Part shown: positions 20,853 to 30,767 of the stretch, one piece after another
Position numbering within the stretch: position 1 is the first letter of the stretch
Layout: each line of letters starts with the position of its first letter
IMG/VR virus record: IMGVR_UViG_3300009151_000035
Coordinates: 64,001 to 128,000 of that record
DNA from: a virus
Strand: one strand, 5' to 3'
Length of the DNA: 64,000 nt
Position numbers and translations under genes: made by a program
The notes under the pieces: generated by a model
Told to the model about the DNA's origin: nothing
Database searches by the model: none
The model's input: the letters and a program-made list of their open reading frames with translations, nothing else

Positions 20853-20860
20853 TATAAATA
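20853..20860 (+). promoter_or_regulatory. Perfect T4 late promoter TATAAATA upstream of the tail sheath gene
   Basis: Exact consensus followed by SD AAGGA and ATG 20885. Confidence 0.8.
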
Positions 20861-20884
20861 TTAGAACTTGAAAAGGATTCAACC

Positions 20885-23800
20885 ATGGCTCTCATATCAC
20901 CCGGCGTACAAGTAACAGTAATTGACGAAAGTCAATATATTCCATCAGCAGTCAACACAGTACCATACTTTGTAATTGCAACAGCACAGAACAAAGTATC
21001 TGGTGCTGGCGTGGGAGTAGCTGCTGGTACCACAGCGGCCAATGCTAACAAAACATATTTAATCACCAGTCAGCGTGATTTAACAGCCACTTTTGGTGTG
21101 CCATTCTTCTATAACACCACAACCGGTACCCCAATTAATGGTTACGAACTCAATGAATACGGCCTGTTGGCTGCGTATAGTTCATTGGGTATTAGTAATC
21201 GTGCTTATGTTCAGCGAGTGGATATTGATTTAACCGAACTCACAGCTAGCCTAACACGACCAACTGGAACCCCAGCTGATGGCGCATATTGGTTGGACAC
21301 ATCCACTTCTGTATGGGGTATTCAAGAATGGAATCAATCTACTGGTCAATTTGAACTAGTTACTCCGTTGCTTATTACCAATGCTTCAGATGTGACAGAA
21401 AGTACTAGTGGAACAACTGGACAGCCAGTTTATACACCCAACACCACAGTGGGCAGCATTGGTGATTACGCTATTGTATCACTAGGACAGGCCGAAGCTA
21501 TTTTCAACGTGGGCTGGTATAAAAATTCTAGCAATGTATGGGTTACAGTTGGCGGTCCAGCATGGCAATCATCATATCCAACAATCCAAGGTAATGTGAC
21601 CAATCCCACACTCACTGCAGGACAAAGTATTTTTATTAACGGCACATCAGTATCTGTGCCAGCTATTCCAGACAATACATTGGCTGGATTTGTTACTGCT
21701 GTTAATAATGCAACCATTGTAGGTGTGACTGCTGCGGCGGTGAGTGGCAAGTTTGTAATTTATGCCAATGATCTTGCAACCAACGATGGTAGCACTGCAA
21801 GTGGTGGTATTGTAAGTATTCAGCCCAATGCCGGCGGCACTGCATTGTGTACTGCACTTGGCATTTCGGCTATAGAATATTTGACTCCAATCTTTTTGTC
21901 AGCCTATAGCTATCAAGCACCACGTTGGAACACATCGGGCCCTACCCCAAGACCTACTGGATCTGTATGGAATAATGTCAGCCCAGCAAACAATGGTCTA
22001 GCCGTTCAACTAAAACAATATAGTGCTGCATTAGGAGAGTGGGTGTTACAAAGCTGCCCTGCATATTTTAGCACAACCGCTGCAATCAATGCTTTTGATC
22101 CGTCTGGTGGTGGCAAAAATATTCCAGTTGGAACACTTTGGGTGCAACCCAATGCAAACTTTGCCGAAACAGCACCATTACCGTCTCAAGGATATGAATT
22201 TTATAGACAGACAGCTTTTGGTCAAACCATAGTAACCGGAACTACCACACCAGGATCTAACAGTGATCCTTTGTTTGTGGCAGGCAATAGATTTACAATA
22301 TCTGCATCCCAAGCTGGTAGCACTGTAGCTAACACCGCTACAGTTATATTAAGTGGAACCAGTGTTGCCAGTTTCATTGCCGACATTAGTGCAGCCAATG
22401 TTCCTTATGTGTCTGCTAGTGTTAACTCAGCTGGAAATATTGTGTTTACTCATAGTCAAGGAGGAGTTATTGCACTGTCACCGGTGATTGGCTATGGCAC
22501 ACCAATCTTAACTGCTGGATATACCGCTAACACTACATTTTGCCGACTTTCGGTAACCAATTACACAACACTATTGTTGACTAACTTCTGTAGCGATCCA
22601 GAGTTTAAATATACTTCTAGTGCTACTGCACCTTATCAAGATCCAGCTGACGGCAGATTGTGGTATTATTCAACTCCAAGTCAAGTTGACATTATGATCC
22701 AAAACGGTGGCGCCTGGAGAGGTTATCAAAACGTTACCAACGATGTGCGTGGTTACGATCTTACCCAAACCAATGCCAGCGGCCCAATCTGTGCTGCCAC
22801 AGCACCTGTCACACAAAATGATGTGTCAGCAAGTGCTCTAGTGTATGGCGATTTGTGGGTGGACACCAGCGACTTAGAAAATTATCCCATGTTGTATCGT
22901 TGGGAGGCTGTGAGCGGAGTGGATCAGTGGGTGTCAGTTAATACCACTGACCAGGTCACACAAAATGGTGTGTTGTTTGCTGACGCTCGTTGGGCGCCAA
23001 ACGGCACAACAAATCCTGTAAGCGATCCAATACCAACTATTGTGAGTTTGCTGACCAGCAACTATTTGGATTTAGATGCTCCCAGTTCTGCACTATATCC
23101 GCAAGGTATGCTGTTGTGGAACACACGCCGTTCAGGTTACAATGTCAAGAGCTATCAAAACAATTACTTTAATGCTACCACATTCCCAGATGCAACATTG
23201 CCTGCTGTGACCAGCACCTGGCTCACAGCGTCAGGCAACAAGCAAGACGGCAGCATGTATGCTGGTCGACTGGCCCAGCGTCAAATGGTTGTGGCTGCAA
23301 TGAAGTCAGGTATTGATACTAGCCAAGGCGCTAGAGAAGATACTGCTCAGTACACACTGATTGCGTCACCGGCTTATCCAGAGTTGATTCCTAACATGAT
23401 TGCACTCAGCAATGAGCGTAATAACACACTGTTTGTGGTTGGCGATACTCCAATGCGATTGCCAGCTACAGGTGCTGACATTACAACCTGGGCCACCAAC
23501 AACAATGGTGTTGGCACAGTAGCAGGTGACGGTCAATCTAGCACCAGTAACTATGCTGCAACATTCTATCCAAGCTGTACAACTACAGACTTGAGTGGCA
23601 ACACAGTTGTGACAGCACCAAGTCACATGATGGTTAGAACAATCATCCGCAGTGATGAAGTTAGCTATCCATGGTTGGCACCAGCTGGTACACGACGTGG
23701 TGTAGTAGACAATGCCACACAGATTGGTTATATCAATGGCGCTACTGGTGAATTCCAGCCAATTGGTGTAAACCAAGGCTTGCGCGATGTGCTGTACAGT

Positions 23801-24208
23801 TTGAATGTGAACCCAATTACATTTATTCCGGGTGTGGGTATTACCAACTTTGGTAACAAGACATCAACCACAACTACCACAGCACTGGATCGTATCAACG
23901 TTGCACGCTTGGTAGCATTCTTGCGCGGACGCCTGGAAGAAATTGGCAAATTGTATCTGTTCGAACCTAACGATCAGATCACACGTAACGAAATCACCAA
24001 CACTTGCAACAGCTTGATGGTTGATTTGATTGCCAAACGTGCTATCTATGACTACTTGGTTGTTTGCGACTTGAGCAACAACACGCCAGCTCGTATTGAC
24101 CGCAACGAATTGTGGGTTGATATTGCTATTGAACCAGTTAAGGCTGTGGAGTTCATCTACATTCCTCTGCGTATCAAGAACACTGGAGACATAGCAGCAG
24201 GCCTGTAA
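20885..24208 (+). CDS. gp18: Contractile tail sheath protein (T4 gp18-like), enlarged to 1107 aa
   Basis: MALISPGVQVTVIDES start; PWLAPAGTRRG, RDVLY..NVNPI, FGNKT, ALDRINVARL, LFEPND, DIAIEPVKAVEFIYI. Confidence 0.95.
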   Translation: MALISPGVQVTVIDESQYIPSAVNTVPYFVIATAQNKVSGAGVGVAAGTTAANANKTYLITSQRDLTATFGVPFFYNTTTGTPINGYELNEYGLLAAYSSLGISNRAYVQRVDIDLTELTASLTRPTGTPADGAYWLDTSTSVWGIQEWNQSTGQFELVTPLLITNASDVTESTSGTTGQPVYTPNTTVGSIGDYAIVSLGQAEAIFNVGWYKNSSNVWVTVGGPAWQSSYPTIQGNVTNPTLTAGQSIFINGTSVSVPAIPDNTLAGFVTAVNNATIVGVTAAAVSGKFVIYANDLATNDGSTASGGIVSIQPNAGGTALCTALGISAIEYLTPIFLSAYSYQAPRWNTSGPTPRPTGSVWNNVSPANNGLAVQLKQYSAALGEWVLQSCPAYFSTTAAINAFDPSGGGKNIPVGTLWVQPNANFAETAPLPSQGYEFYRQTAFGQTIVTGTTTPGSNSDPLFVAGNRFTISASQAGSTVANTATVILSGTSVASFIADISAANVPYVSASVNSAGNIVFTHSQGGVIALSPVIGYGTPILTAGYTANTTFCRLSVTNYTTLLLTNFCSDPEFKYTSSATAPYQDPADGRLWYYSTPSQVDIMIQNGGAWRGYQNVTNDVRGYDLTQTNASGPICAATAPVTQNDVSASALVYGDLWVDTSDLENYPMLYRWEAVSGVDQWVSVNTTDQVTQNGVLFADARWAPNGTTNPVSDPIPTIVSLLTSNYLDLDAPSSALYPQGMLLWNTRRSGYNVKSYQNNYFNATTFPDATLPAVTSTWLTASGNKQDGSMYAGRLAQRQMVVAAMKSGIDTSQGAREDTAQYTLIASPAYPELIPNMIALSNERNNTLFVVGDTPMRLPATGADITTWATNNNGVGTVAGDGQSSTSNYAATFYPSCTTTDLSGNTVVTAPSHMMVRTIIRSDEVSYPWLAPAGTRRGVVDNATQIGYINGATGEFQPIGVNQGLRDVLYSLNVNPITFIPGVGITNFGNKTSTTTTTALDRINVARLVAFLRGRLEEIGKLYLFEPNDQITRNEITNTCNSLMVDLIAKRAIYDYLVVCDLSNNTPARIDRNELWVDIAIEPVKAVEFIYIPLRIKNTGDIAAGL

Positions 24209-24210
24209 AA

Positions 24211-24235
24211 GTGGGGTTCAAGGACCCTATTTTTT
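24211..24235 (+). terminator. Putative Rho-independent terminator after the sheath gene
   Basis: GTGGGGTT-CAAG-GACCCTAT stem (with G-U pairs) followed by a T-run. Confidence 0.55.
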
Positions 24236-24276
24236 GACCTCAAGTCTAAGATAAATAAAACTAGGAGATATATACA

Positions 24277-24912
24277 ATGCCAAGTTCATCATTAAACAAA
24301 ATGACAGTACCGCTTGCAAGCGATCAAAGCTCAAGCACCCAAGGTCTGTTAATGCCAAAACTTAGATATCGCTTTAGAGTGATGTTTGAGAATTTGGGAG
24401 TTTCAACACCAACAACAGAGTTAACCAAGCAGGTTGTGAGCTTTGCTCGACCTAACTTGACGTTTGAAGCAATCACATTACCAATTTACAATTCAACATT
24501 GAAGTTGGCTGGTCGTCATAGCTGGGCAGACGTTGCTGTTGAGATCCGTGATGATGCATCAGGTAATGTGTCCAAATTGATTGGCGAACAAATCCAGAAA
24601 CAAATGGACTTCTTGGAAATGAGTTCAGCTGCATCTGGTATTGACTACAAATTCTTGACCAAGTTAGAAATGCTTGACGGTGGCAACGGTGCCAACGAGC
24701 CAGTAGTCCTTGAGTCATGGGAACTGTATGGTTGCTATATTGTGAGTGCAGACTACGGTCCAATGAACTATGGTACCAATGAAGCAGTAGCAATCACCAT
24801 GAACATCTCTTATGACAACGCCAACCAAGGCAATCAAGGTGGTGGCGGTATTGGTGGTGTTATCGGCCGTACTGTGAACGACGTTGTTACAGGTATCGGC
24901 ACAGGACCCTAA
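24277..24912 (+). CDS. gp19: Tail tube protein (gp19-like)
   Basis: Follows the sheath; PKLRYRFRV, RPNLTF, KLAGRHSW, ESWELYGC, I.MNISYDNA. Confidence 0.85.
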   Translation: MPSSSLNKMTVPLASDQSSSTQGLLMPKLRYRFRVMFENLGVSTPTTELTKQVVSFARPNLTFEAITLPIYNSTLKLAGRHSWADVAVEIRDDASGNVSKLIGEQIQKQMDFLEMSSAASGIDYKFLTKLEMLDGGNGANEPVVLESWELYGCYIVSADYGPMNYGTNEAVAITMNISYDNANQGNQGGGGIGGVIGRTVNDVVTGIGTGP

Positions 24913-24922
24913 GGTCTAATCA

Positions 24923-26113
24923 ATGTCTAGCTTCGGCCAGGACTTTCTTAAAGGCTTTACTGCGACAAACAGCTTGCGTGACTACACTCACGCAAGTAAA
25001 ACTTTTCGCACTAATGCCTACGAACTCAAACCCAGATTTAAGTTTTTATTTCATGTTCAATTTTCATTGAACTACAATCAGATACCTGCATTGAAAAATA
25101 GTAAAATTTTTAATCCTGAGAATATTTCTAATCTTAGTTTGGCGGTAAAAACAGTTGACTTGCCCAAATACAATATTGATGTTGCTACGTTGAATCAATA
25201 CAACCGCAAAAGAATTGTACAAACTAAAATCAACTATGAACCAGTAAACATTACATTTCATGATGATGGCGGCGACAACATACGTGAAATGTGGTATCAG
25301 TATTATTCTTACTACTACAAAGATCCAGCACAACAATACATTTCAAATGCTCCAACCGAGTATGGCACAGTTGGTCTAAATGCTACCAAAACAAATGGAT
25401 TCAGCTATAACAATCGAGACATCTATCAACAGAACCGTGTGGGCAGTGTGAATGACTGGGGATACATTGGCGAAAACTTCATGGACGGCACACAAACAGC
25501 AAGTGGCAAGCCACCATTCTTTAGAGACATTCAGATCATTGGATTTGATCAACACAAGTATGCTAGATACATCTTGATCAATCCATTGATCACCAACTGG
25601 AACCATGACACTTACGATTATTCACAAGGTAATGGAACCATGCAACATACCATGACCATACGCTACGAAACTGTGAAATACCTCAACGGTGGACTTGGTA
25701 AACCGGATACCAATATTCGTTGGCCAGACGCAGCACACTATGATGAAGTACCAAGTCCATTGGCACGTGCAGGATCCACTGCAACTATTTTTGGGCAAGG
25801 TGGTCTTTTAAGCACAGGCGAAGGCATCCTGGCAGACTTAGAATCAGGATCAGTGGCAGGCTTGATTGGTGCAGCACAAAAGGCTGGCGCAGCCTACAAC
25901 ACATTCAAAGGAAAGAATTTGCAATCTATTGTGCAAAGTGAAGCTATATCATTGGGCAAACAAGTTATCAGTCAAAATGGTGCCAATGCAGTTAGAGCGG
26001 TGATAAACAAAGCTGATGGTTGGGCGTTTCCTGTACAGTCAACTCAACGAGCATATACTCGAGTTATAAATTCAGCAGCAGCAACTGGTGACGACCTTAG
26101 AGGACTTATATAA
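24923..26113 (+). CDS. Tube-fold baseplate/tail-tube initiator protein (gp48/gp54-like)
   Basis: PRFKFLFHV, VKTVDLPK, YEPVNITFHDD, LINPLIT, MTIRYE parallel the tube fold. Confidence 0.6.
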   Translation: MSSFGQDFLKGFTATNSLRDYTHASKTFRTNAYELKPRFKFLFHVQFSLNYNQIPALKNSKIFNPENISNLSLAVKTVDLPKYNIDVATLNQYNRKRIVQTKINYEPVNITFHDDGGDNIREMWYQYYSYYYKDPAQQYISNAPTEYGTVGLNATKTNGFSYNNRDIYQQNRVGSVNDWGYIGENFMDGTQTASGKPPFFRDIQIIGFDQHKYARYILINPLITNWNHDTYDYSQGNGTMQHTMTIRYETVKYLNGGLGKPDTNIRWPDAAHYDEVPSPLARAGSTATIFGQGGLLSTGEGILADLESGSVAGLIGAAQKAGAAYNTFKGKNLQSIVQSEAISLGKQVISQNGANAVRAVINKADGWAFPVQSTQRAYTRVINSAAATGDDLRGLI

Positions 26114-26478
26114 TGTCTACAGGTTCAGTCAATTACACCAATACCAATCTTGATCAAACTGTGCGAGTGTTTGACAGATTCTACAACTTTGAAGCCAATG
26201 TGCCTGCTGCTGAGTATGATATTGTGTTGAGTTTTTTTAAACAACAAATGGGAGATGCCAGAGTAGCAGGCAACTTCACAGTGAGTTTGTTTCAAGTGGC
26301 AGAACAAACCAATATTCCGGCACTTACACTGTTAGACAGTTTTCAAGGTGTAGATGTCATGACAATAAATCTCAACATGGCCTACTATCTAAACAATATC
26401 CGCAGCAGAGCCACACTACTGGGTGTAAATGTACAACCGGTACCCAACTACTATGCTGCCAGAACAGTGCTTCAATGA
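26113..26478 (+). CDS. Hypothetical (probably structural) protein
   Basis: Translationally coupled ORF within the tail operon. Confidence 0.6.
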   Translation: MSTGSVNYTNTNLDQTVRVFDRFYNFEANVPAAEYDIVLSFFKQQMGDARVAGNFTVSLFQVAEQTNIPALTLLDSFQGVDVMTINLNMAYYLNNIRSRATLLGVNVQPVPNYYAARTVLQ

Positions 26479-26906
26479 GCAAGTGGGCACAAGGCGTCTA
26501 TCAAGTTATCAACCCTAAGAAATATGTGGGCCAAGGCATGCCCAGATATCGATCAGGTTGGGAACATTCATTCATGCGTTTTTGCGATACCAATGACAAC
26601 ATCATGCAATGGGCCAGTGAAAGCATCCGCATTCCTTATCTGCATCCACTAACTGGCAAAATGACCACGTATGTGCCAGATTTTTTGATCACTTACAAAA
26701 CTCGTGACCACACACTTCGAGCGGAGTTGATTGAAATTAAACCCAAAGGTCAAAGCGCCATCACTGAAGGCCAAAAGCCCAGAGACCGTGCCGTAGTAGC
26801 CGTAAACTACGCCAAATGGGACGCTGCGGTCAAATGGTGCAGAAATCAAGGCTTGACTTTTAGGGTAATAACTGAAGACGATATGTTTAAGAACGGTAAA
26901 GCATAG
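26475..26906 (+). CDS. gp4: Head completion nuclease (T4 gp4-like, TnsA-type PD-(D/E)xK)
   Basis: NPKKYVG, YRSGWE..FM.FCD, WASE..RIPY, YVPDF, ELIEIKP, NYAKW.AA..WC, FRVITE. Confidence 0.9.
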   Translation: MSKWAQGVYQVINPKKYVGQGMPRYRSGWEHSFMRFCDTNDNIMQWASESIRIPYLHPLTGKMTTYVPDFLITYKTRDHTLRAELIEIKPKGQSAITEGQKPRDRAVVAVNYAKWDAAVKWCRNQGLTFRVITEDDMFKNGKA

Positions 26907-26920
26907 CCACTAAATATGGC

Positions 26921-27412
26921 ATGACGAGAAAACTCGAAGAACTTTTTGATTTACCACCCTCCACTGAAGAAGTGGATGTTGCTGTTCCTTCAATAGCAGA
27001 AAATCGCACCGCCATCCAAACACTAGATGATGCTATCAATAAGATAGACGCTGCCTTGCCGGCTGTGCGTGGCTTGGAGTCCACTGACCAAGAAATGGAC
27101 GAACTAGCTGGCCTAGCTACTGCCAGCTACCGAGACCTGATGGACCTTGGCATGCAGGTAGACTCAAGATTTGCTAGTGAAATATTTGGTGTAGCCAGCA
27201 ACATGCTAGGCCATGCTATCACAGCCAAAACAGCCAAGCTGGACAAAAAACTCAAGATGATCGACTTGCAGATGAAAAAAATGCGATTGGATCAGCAACA
27301 AGCGGACAAAGATCCAGAGGCCACTGCACAGCAAGGCCAAGGCCATGTGCTCAGTCGCAATGAATTGCTGGAAAGAATTCTGGGTAAGAATCAAAACGCT
27401 CAAAAAGAATAA
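26921..27412 (+). CDS. Probable terminase small subunit (gp16-like)
   Basis: Helical 163-aa protein; LMDLGMQVD.R...EIF.VA..ML and C-terminal SRNELL; late-type promoter upstream. Confidence 0.55.
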   Translation: MTRKLEELFDLPPSTEEVDVAVPSIAENRTAIQTLDDAINKIDAALPAVRGLESTDQEMDELAGLATASYRDLMDLGMQVDSRFASEIFGVASNMLGHAITAKTAKLDKKLKMIDLQMKKMRLDQQQADKDPEATAQQGQGHVLSRNELLERILGKNQNAQKE

Positions 27413-27432
27413 ATATATCACAGGAACCTGAC

Positions 27433-28041
27433 ATGAAACCATTTGCCAAATATCTAGCAGAAAGTGAACGCACATACGATTATCGTATCAAAATGTGCGG
27501 TCGCATTCCGGACGATCTTGTGCGTCAACTCAAATCAAAACTGGATCAATTTGACCCAGCCAAACTGGGCGACGTCAAGACTACTCCTATTCAAAAGATC
27601 CTCACAGACTTTCCAAACAATCAGAATGACGCTGTGACAATGTTTGATGTGAGTTTCAAGTATCCAGCAATTGAGCCACAGATCAAACAGTTGTTTCAAA
27701 TGCTAGGTGGTGATCCCAATCTTATTGTGATGCAAACACAGCCACACGTGGATGGACTTGTTGATGAGATGGACAAAATTGAATCTGAAAACAAAGACCT
27801 GTTGGCAGACACAGATTACCCTGCAGACAATGCTGAACAACGAGCACTCAAGAAAGACTACTCAGCCGGACCATATGATCATGCTGTGTTGAAGAATGCT
27901 TACCGCAGTGATTTCACAGTGGCTGGTGGTCGGACACCTCCTGCCAAGACCACTAACCAACTTCCCCAGGGCAACAAAAGCCCTATGACCAATATCAAGC
28001 GTCAACCCAAGCCTGCAACCGGCGCCAACCCAAGAGGATAA
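27433..28041 (+). CDS. Putative capsid-internal protein
   Basis: N-terminus MKPFAKYLAE resembles the T4 internal-protein capsid targeting sequence. Confidence 0.5.
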   Translation: MKPFAKYLAESERTYDYRIKMCGRIPDDLVRQLKSKLDQFDPAKLGDVKTTPIQKILTDFPNNQNDAVTMFDVSFKYPAIEPQIKQLFQMLGGDPNLIVMQTQPHVDGLVDEMDKIESENKDLLADTDYPADNAEQRALKKDYSAGPYDHAVLKNAYRSDFTVAGGRTPPAKTTNQLPQGNKSPMTNIKRQPKPATGANPRG

Positions 28042-28045
28042 TGAA

Positions 28046-30289
28046 ATGACATTTTTTTACGACTTAAACAAAAAGCTGGACGAGATTCGTGCCACACCTA
28101 GCAAGACACATGGCCAGTTGAACGAGCAGTCAGCACCTGCGCATAAATCAAAGAGTCAGTTAACACAAGCACTCAATGAGCGTGACATGGGCAAGCACAA
28201 CAATGCCACAACAGGCTTCAAAGCACTGGCTAAGAAAGCTGGCGGCGGTGAAAAAGGCAACAAGATTGCCGGTGCACAATTCCAGAAGATGAAGAAGGCC
28301 GGTCAACTAGAAGAACAAACAGTTGAAGAAAGTCTTAAAGACAAAGCCAAGTTGGTAGGTCATTTGGCCAAAGATATGGCAAGAAAAGGTCTTGAAAAGT
28401 TGGGTCACGGCGACGACGAAGCCATGCGCAAAGATTTGCAAAAGAAAGTGGGCATGCCACAAACAGGCAAGAAGCCTGGCGCTACAGAAGACTATGGCCC
28501 AATGGAAGCTGGTGCTCCAATGACAGGCAAGCAGAAGTCATTTGCTGACAAGATTGCTGTCGCCAAAAAAGAAGTTGACGAGCGCATTGGTGATGTGGCT
28601 GCCGAAGCTATTAAAAATGCATTGAGCCCCAAGCAAAAGAAAATGGCTGCATTGGGCGGCAACCCAAAAAGAATTGATGGTCCTGATCTTGCTGCGTTGC
28701 GCAAAGGTGCTGACATGGGCGAAGATGACGATAATAATCCGTTTACATCATACAAGAAGCCTCGCAAAGACGTTCCTCAAGTTGGGTCAGTTGAACGTGG
28801 TGCCAAGCACGATATCAAACACAGCACCTCAGATCCAAGATATACAGGCCGTACTGTAACACGCCGCACAGATGACCAAGGGCATTCAGTAGGCGCCGAT
28901 GATGATGCAGACACACAAGCAGGACCACGCGGACGCGGACGTCCCAAGGGTACCAAACAAAGTATTGGTGCCAAGGGACCATCAGGTCGTTCAAAGTTGA
29001 TGACAAAAGAAAATGACCGTGATCCAGGCGAATACGATCAAGAAGGCGACATGGCCAAAGACAGTATCAAGACTGTGGTACGTCATGCACAGGCCTTGGA
29101 AAAGATCCTAGGCGACAACGACAACTTGCCAGAATGGGTGCAAGCCAAGTTGGCCAAGATTGAAGGCATGATGACTGCTGTGGATGACTACATGCAGAAT
29201 CAATCCGGCGATGAAGAAATGGCCATGGGCGAAGAGTCTACAAACAAACGTGACAACCGTGCTGAAAAGGCCGGTAAGAAAGTTACCAAGGACATTGAGT
29301 ACGACGAGAAGAAGAAAGATGGGATCCATGGTAAAAAGCGTGGCTCAGAAGATGCCAAGGCCGAAAAAGCCGGTAAGAAAGTAGCCAAGGACATTGAGTA
29401 CGACGAAAAGAAAGACAAAAAAGAAGACAAGCCTAAGAAAGTAAAAGAGCAAGGCGGAGCAGAAACTCCTACAGCATCAAGTGGCTTCAGCTTTGGACAA
29501 GGCATTTACGATTCAATGAATCGTGAACTGGAAAAGATGATTGCTGAATCTATGAGCGTGAACATGAGCGACTCAACCGAAGGTGGCAAGAGTTTGACCA
29601 TCACTGCCACAGACGAAGATGCACTCAAGCTGGCTGGTTTGCTTAAAAATGCAGGCCTGGGTGGCGGTGAGCAAATGGGTCAAGAAATGGGCCACGGTGA
29701 TGAACACGGTCATAGTGAAGAGCCATGCCCAAGTTGCGGCATGAGTGATTGCGGATGTGGCGATATTGACGAAGCCCTAGCTGAAAACAATCCAGATTGG
29801 CCAACTGACCAAACAGGCACAGAAGATGCCATGATGTATAGTGATGGATTGAACGGTCCTAAGTCAACTGGTCAATCACAGGTGCCAGTATTGGCCAGTC
29901 AAGAAGACCGCCAACACACATACGAAGAAGATGAAGCTCTTCGTAGAATGATGGAAATGGCTGGTGTTCAGCAAGACAATCTCAAGCCATGGGAACGCAC
30001 CATGAAAGAAGATGCCGAAGAGGAAGAACTTGACGAAGCTGAGAAATGTTCAGCTTGCGATTGCGATCCATGCGAGTGTGACGAGTCTGTGACAGAAAGT
30101 TTTGAACAGATGCTGAGCCGCATGCGTGACATTGCCGGCATCCGAGAAGCCAAGAAGCCTGACTTCCCCGACTTAGACAAAGATGGCGACAAAAAAGAGC
30201 CAATGAAAAAAGCTGTTGCTGACAAAGAAAAAAAAGTTGAAGAAAGTATATTTGCTTTGACCAATCAATGGCGAGCCTACAAGGGGTAA
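28046..30289 (+). CDS. Large charged modular protein, putative capsid-internal polyprotein
   Basis: Many hydrophobic-x-E sites; AT-hook RGRGRPK; LPEWVQAK module; two Cys clusters; DLDKDGD; RMxxxAG(V/I) repeats. Confidence 0.6.
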   Translation: MTFFYDLNKKLDEIRATPSKTHGQLNEQSAPAHKSKSQLTQALNERDMGKHNNATTGFKALAKKAGGGEKGNKIAGAQFQKMKKAGQLEEQTVEESLKDKAKLVGHLAKDMARKGLEKLGHGDDEAMRKDLQKKVGMPQTGKKPGATEDYGPMEAGAPMTGKQKSFADKIAVAKKEVDERIGDVAAEAIKNALSPKQKKMAALGGNPKRIDGPDLAALRKGADMGEDDDNNPFTSYKKPRKDVPQVGSVERGAKHDIKHSTSDPRYTGRTVTRRTDDQGHSVGADDDADTQAGPRGRGRPKGTKQSIGAKGPSGRSKLMTKENDRDPGEYDQEGDMAKDSIKTVVRHAQALEKILGDNDNLPEWVQAKLAKIEGMMTAVDDYMQNQSGDEEMAMGEESTNKRDNRAEKAGKKVTKDIEYDEKKKDGIHGKKRGSEDAKAEKAGKKVAKDIEYDEKKDKKEDKPKKVKEQGGAETPTASSGFSFGQGIYDSMNRELEKMIAESMSVNMSDSTEGGKSLTITATDEDALKLAGLLKNAGLGGGEQMGQEMGHGDEHGHSEEPCPSCGMSDCGCGDIDEALAENNPDWPTDQTGTEDAMMYSDGLNGPKSTGQSQVPVLASQEDRQHTYEEDEALRRMMEMAGVQQDNLKPWERTMKEDAEEEELDEAEKCSACDCDPCECDESVTESFEQMLSRMRDIAGIREAKKPDFPDLDKDGDKKEPMKKAVADKEKKVEESIFALTNQWRAYKG
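29261..29417 (+). repeat. Direct repeat (about 55 bp, 99-bp spacing) encoding AEKAGKKV(T/A)KDIEYDEKK
   Basis: Copies start at 29261 and 29360. Confidence 0.85.
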
Positions 30290-30294
30290 AAATC

Positions 30295-30468
30295 ATGACA
30301 CCATACAGTGAAATTGCAGCCGAACTAGCACAACGCAAAGCCAATGAATATGTGCCTCCGTCAATTCCTTCGGTGAGACAACAACCCGTGGAAATTCCCG
30401 GAGTGATGTATCAAACTCGTGAACTATTTCAACCCGTGGTCAGTCAGCCCAACAAGGATAACAAATAA
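30295..30468 (+). CDS. Small hypothetical protein (57 aa)
   Basis: SD-like AGGGG before ATG 30295; TAATG coupling to the next gene. Confidence 0.5.
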   Translation: MTPYSEIAAELAQRKANEYVPPSIPSVRQQPVEIPGVMYQTRELFQPVVSQPNKDNK

Positions 30469-30767
30469 TGGCTATTCAAGTAATCAAAGACACAGCAGGT
30501 AATGTGTTGTGGACAACAGACAAAGCGCAAATCAATTCTGAAAGCACTAATGTTACCTATCAAGTGTTCGCTACTGCTCTGGGCACTGCTAATGCTGTAG
30601 GTAATCTATATGCAAATGCAGTAAGTGTACCTAACGGAACCACTCAAGAAATTTATGTAGGTGCAGGCAACTATTTGACCTTGACCGGTAACAATTTTAC
30701 TGCTCTTGCATTAGGCACAGCAAGTTCTGCACAAGAAGGTGTGATCGGGTACGGAAGCAACCCATAA
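30468..30767 (+). CDS. Small beta-rich putative virion protein
   Basis: SD AAGGA; composition rich in T/A/G/N. Confidence 0.55.
   Translation: MAIQVIKDTAGNVLWTTDKAQINSESTNVTYQVFATALGTANAVGNLYANAVSVPNGTTQEIYVGAGNYLTLTGNNFTALALGTASSAQEGVIGYGSNP

Noticed and set aside
26475-26906. TnsA-like nuclease as evidence of a Tn7-like element
   Set aside because: It matches T4 gp4 motifs within the morphogenesis operon; no TnsB/TnsC or transposon ends are present
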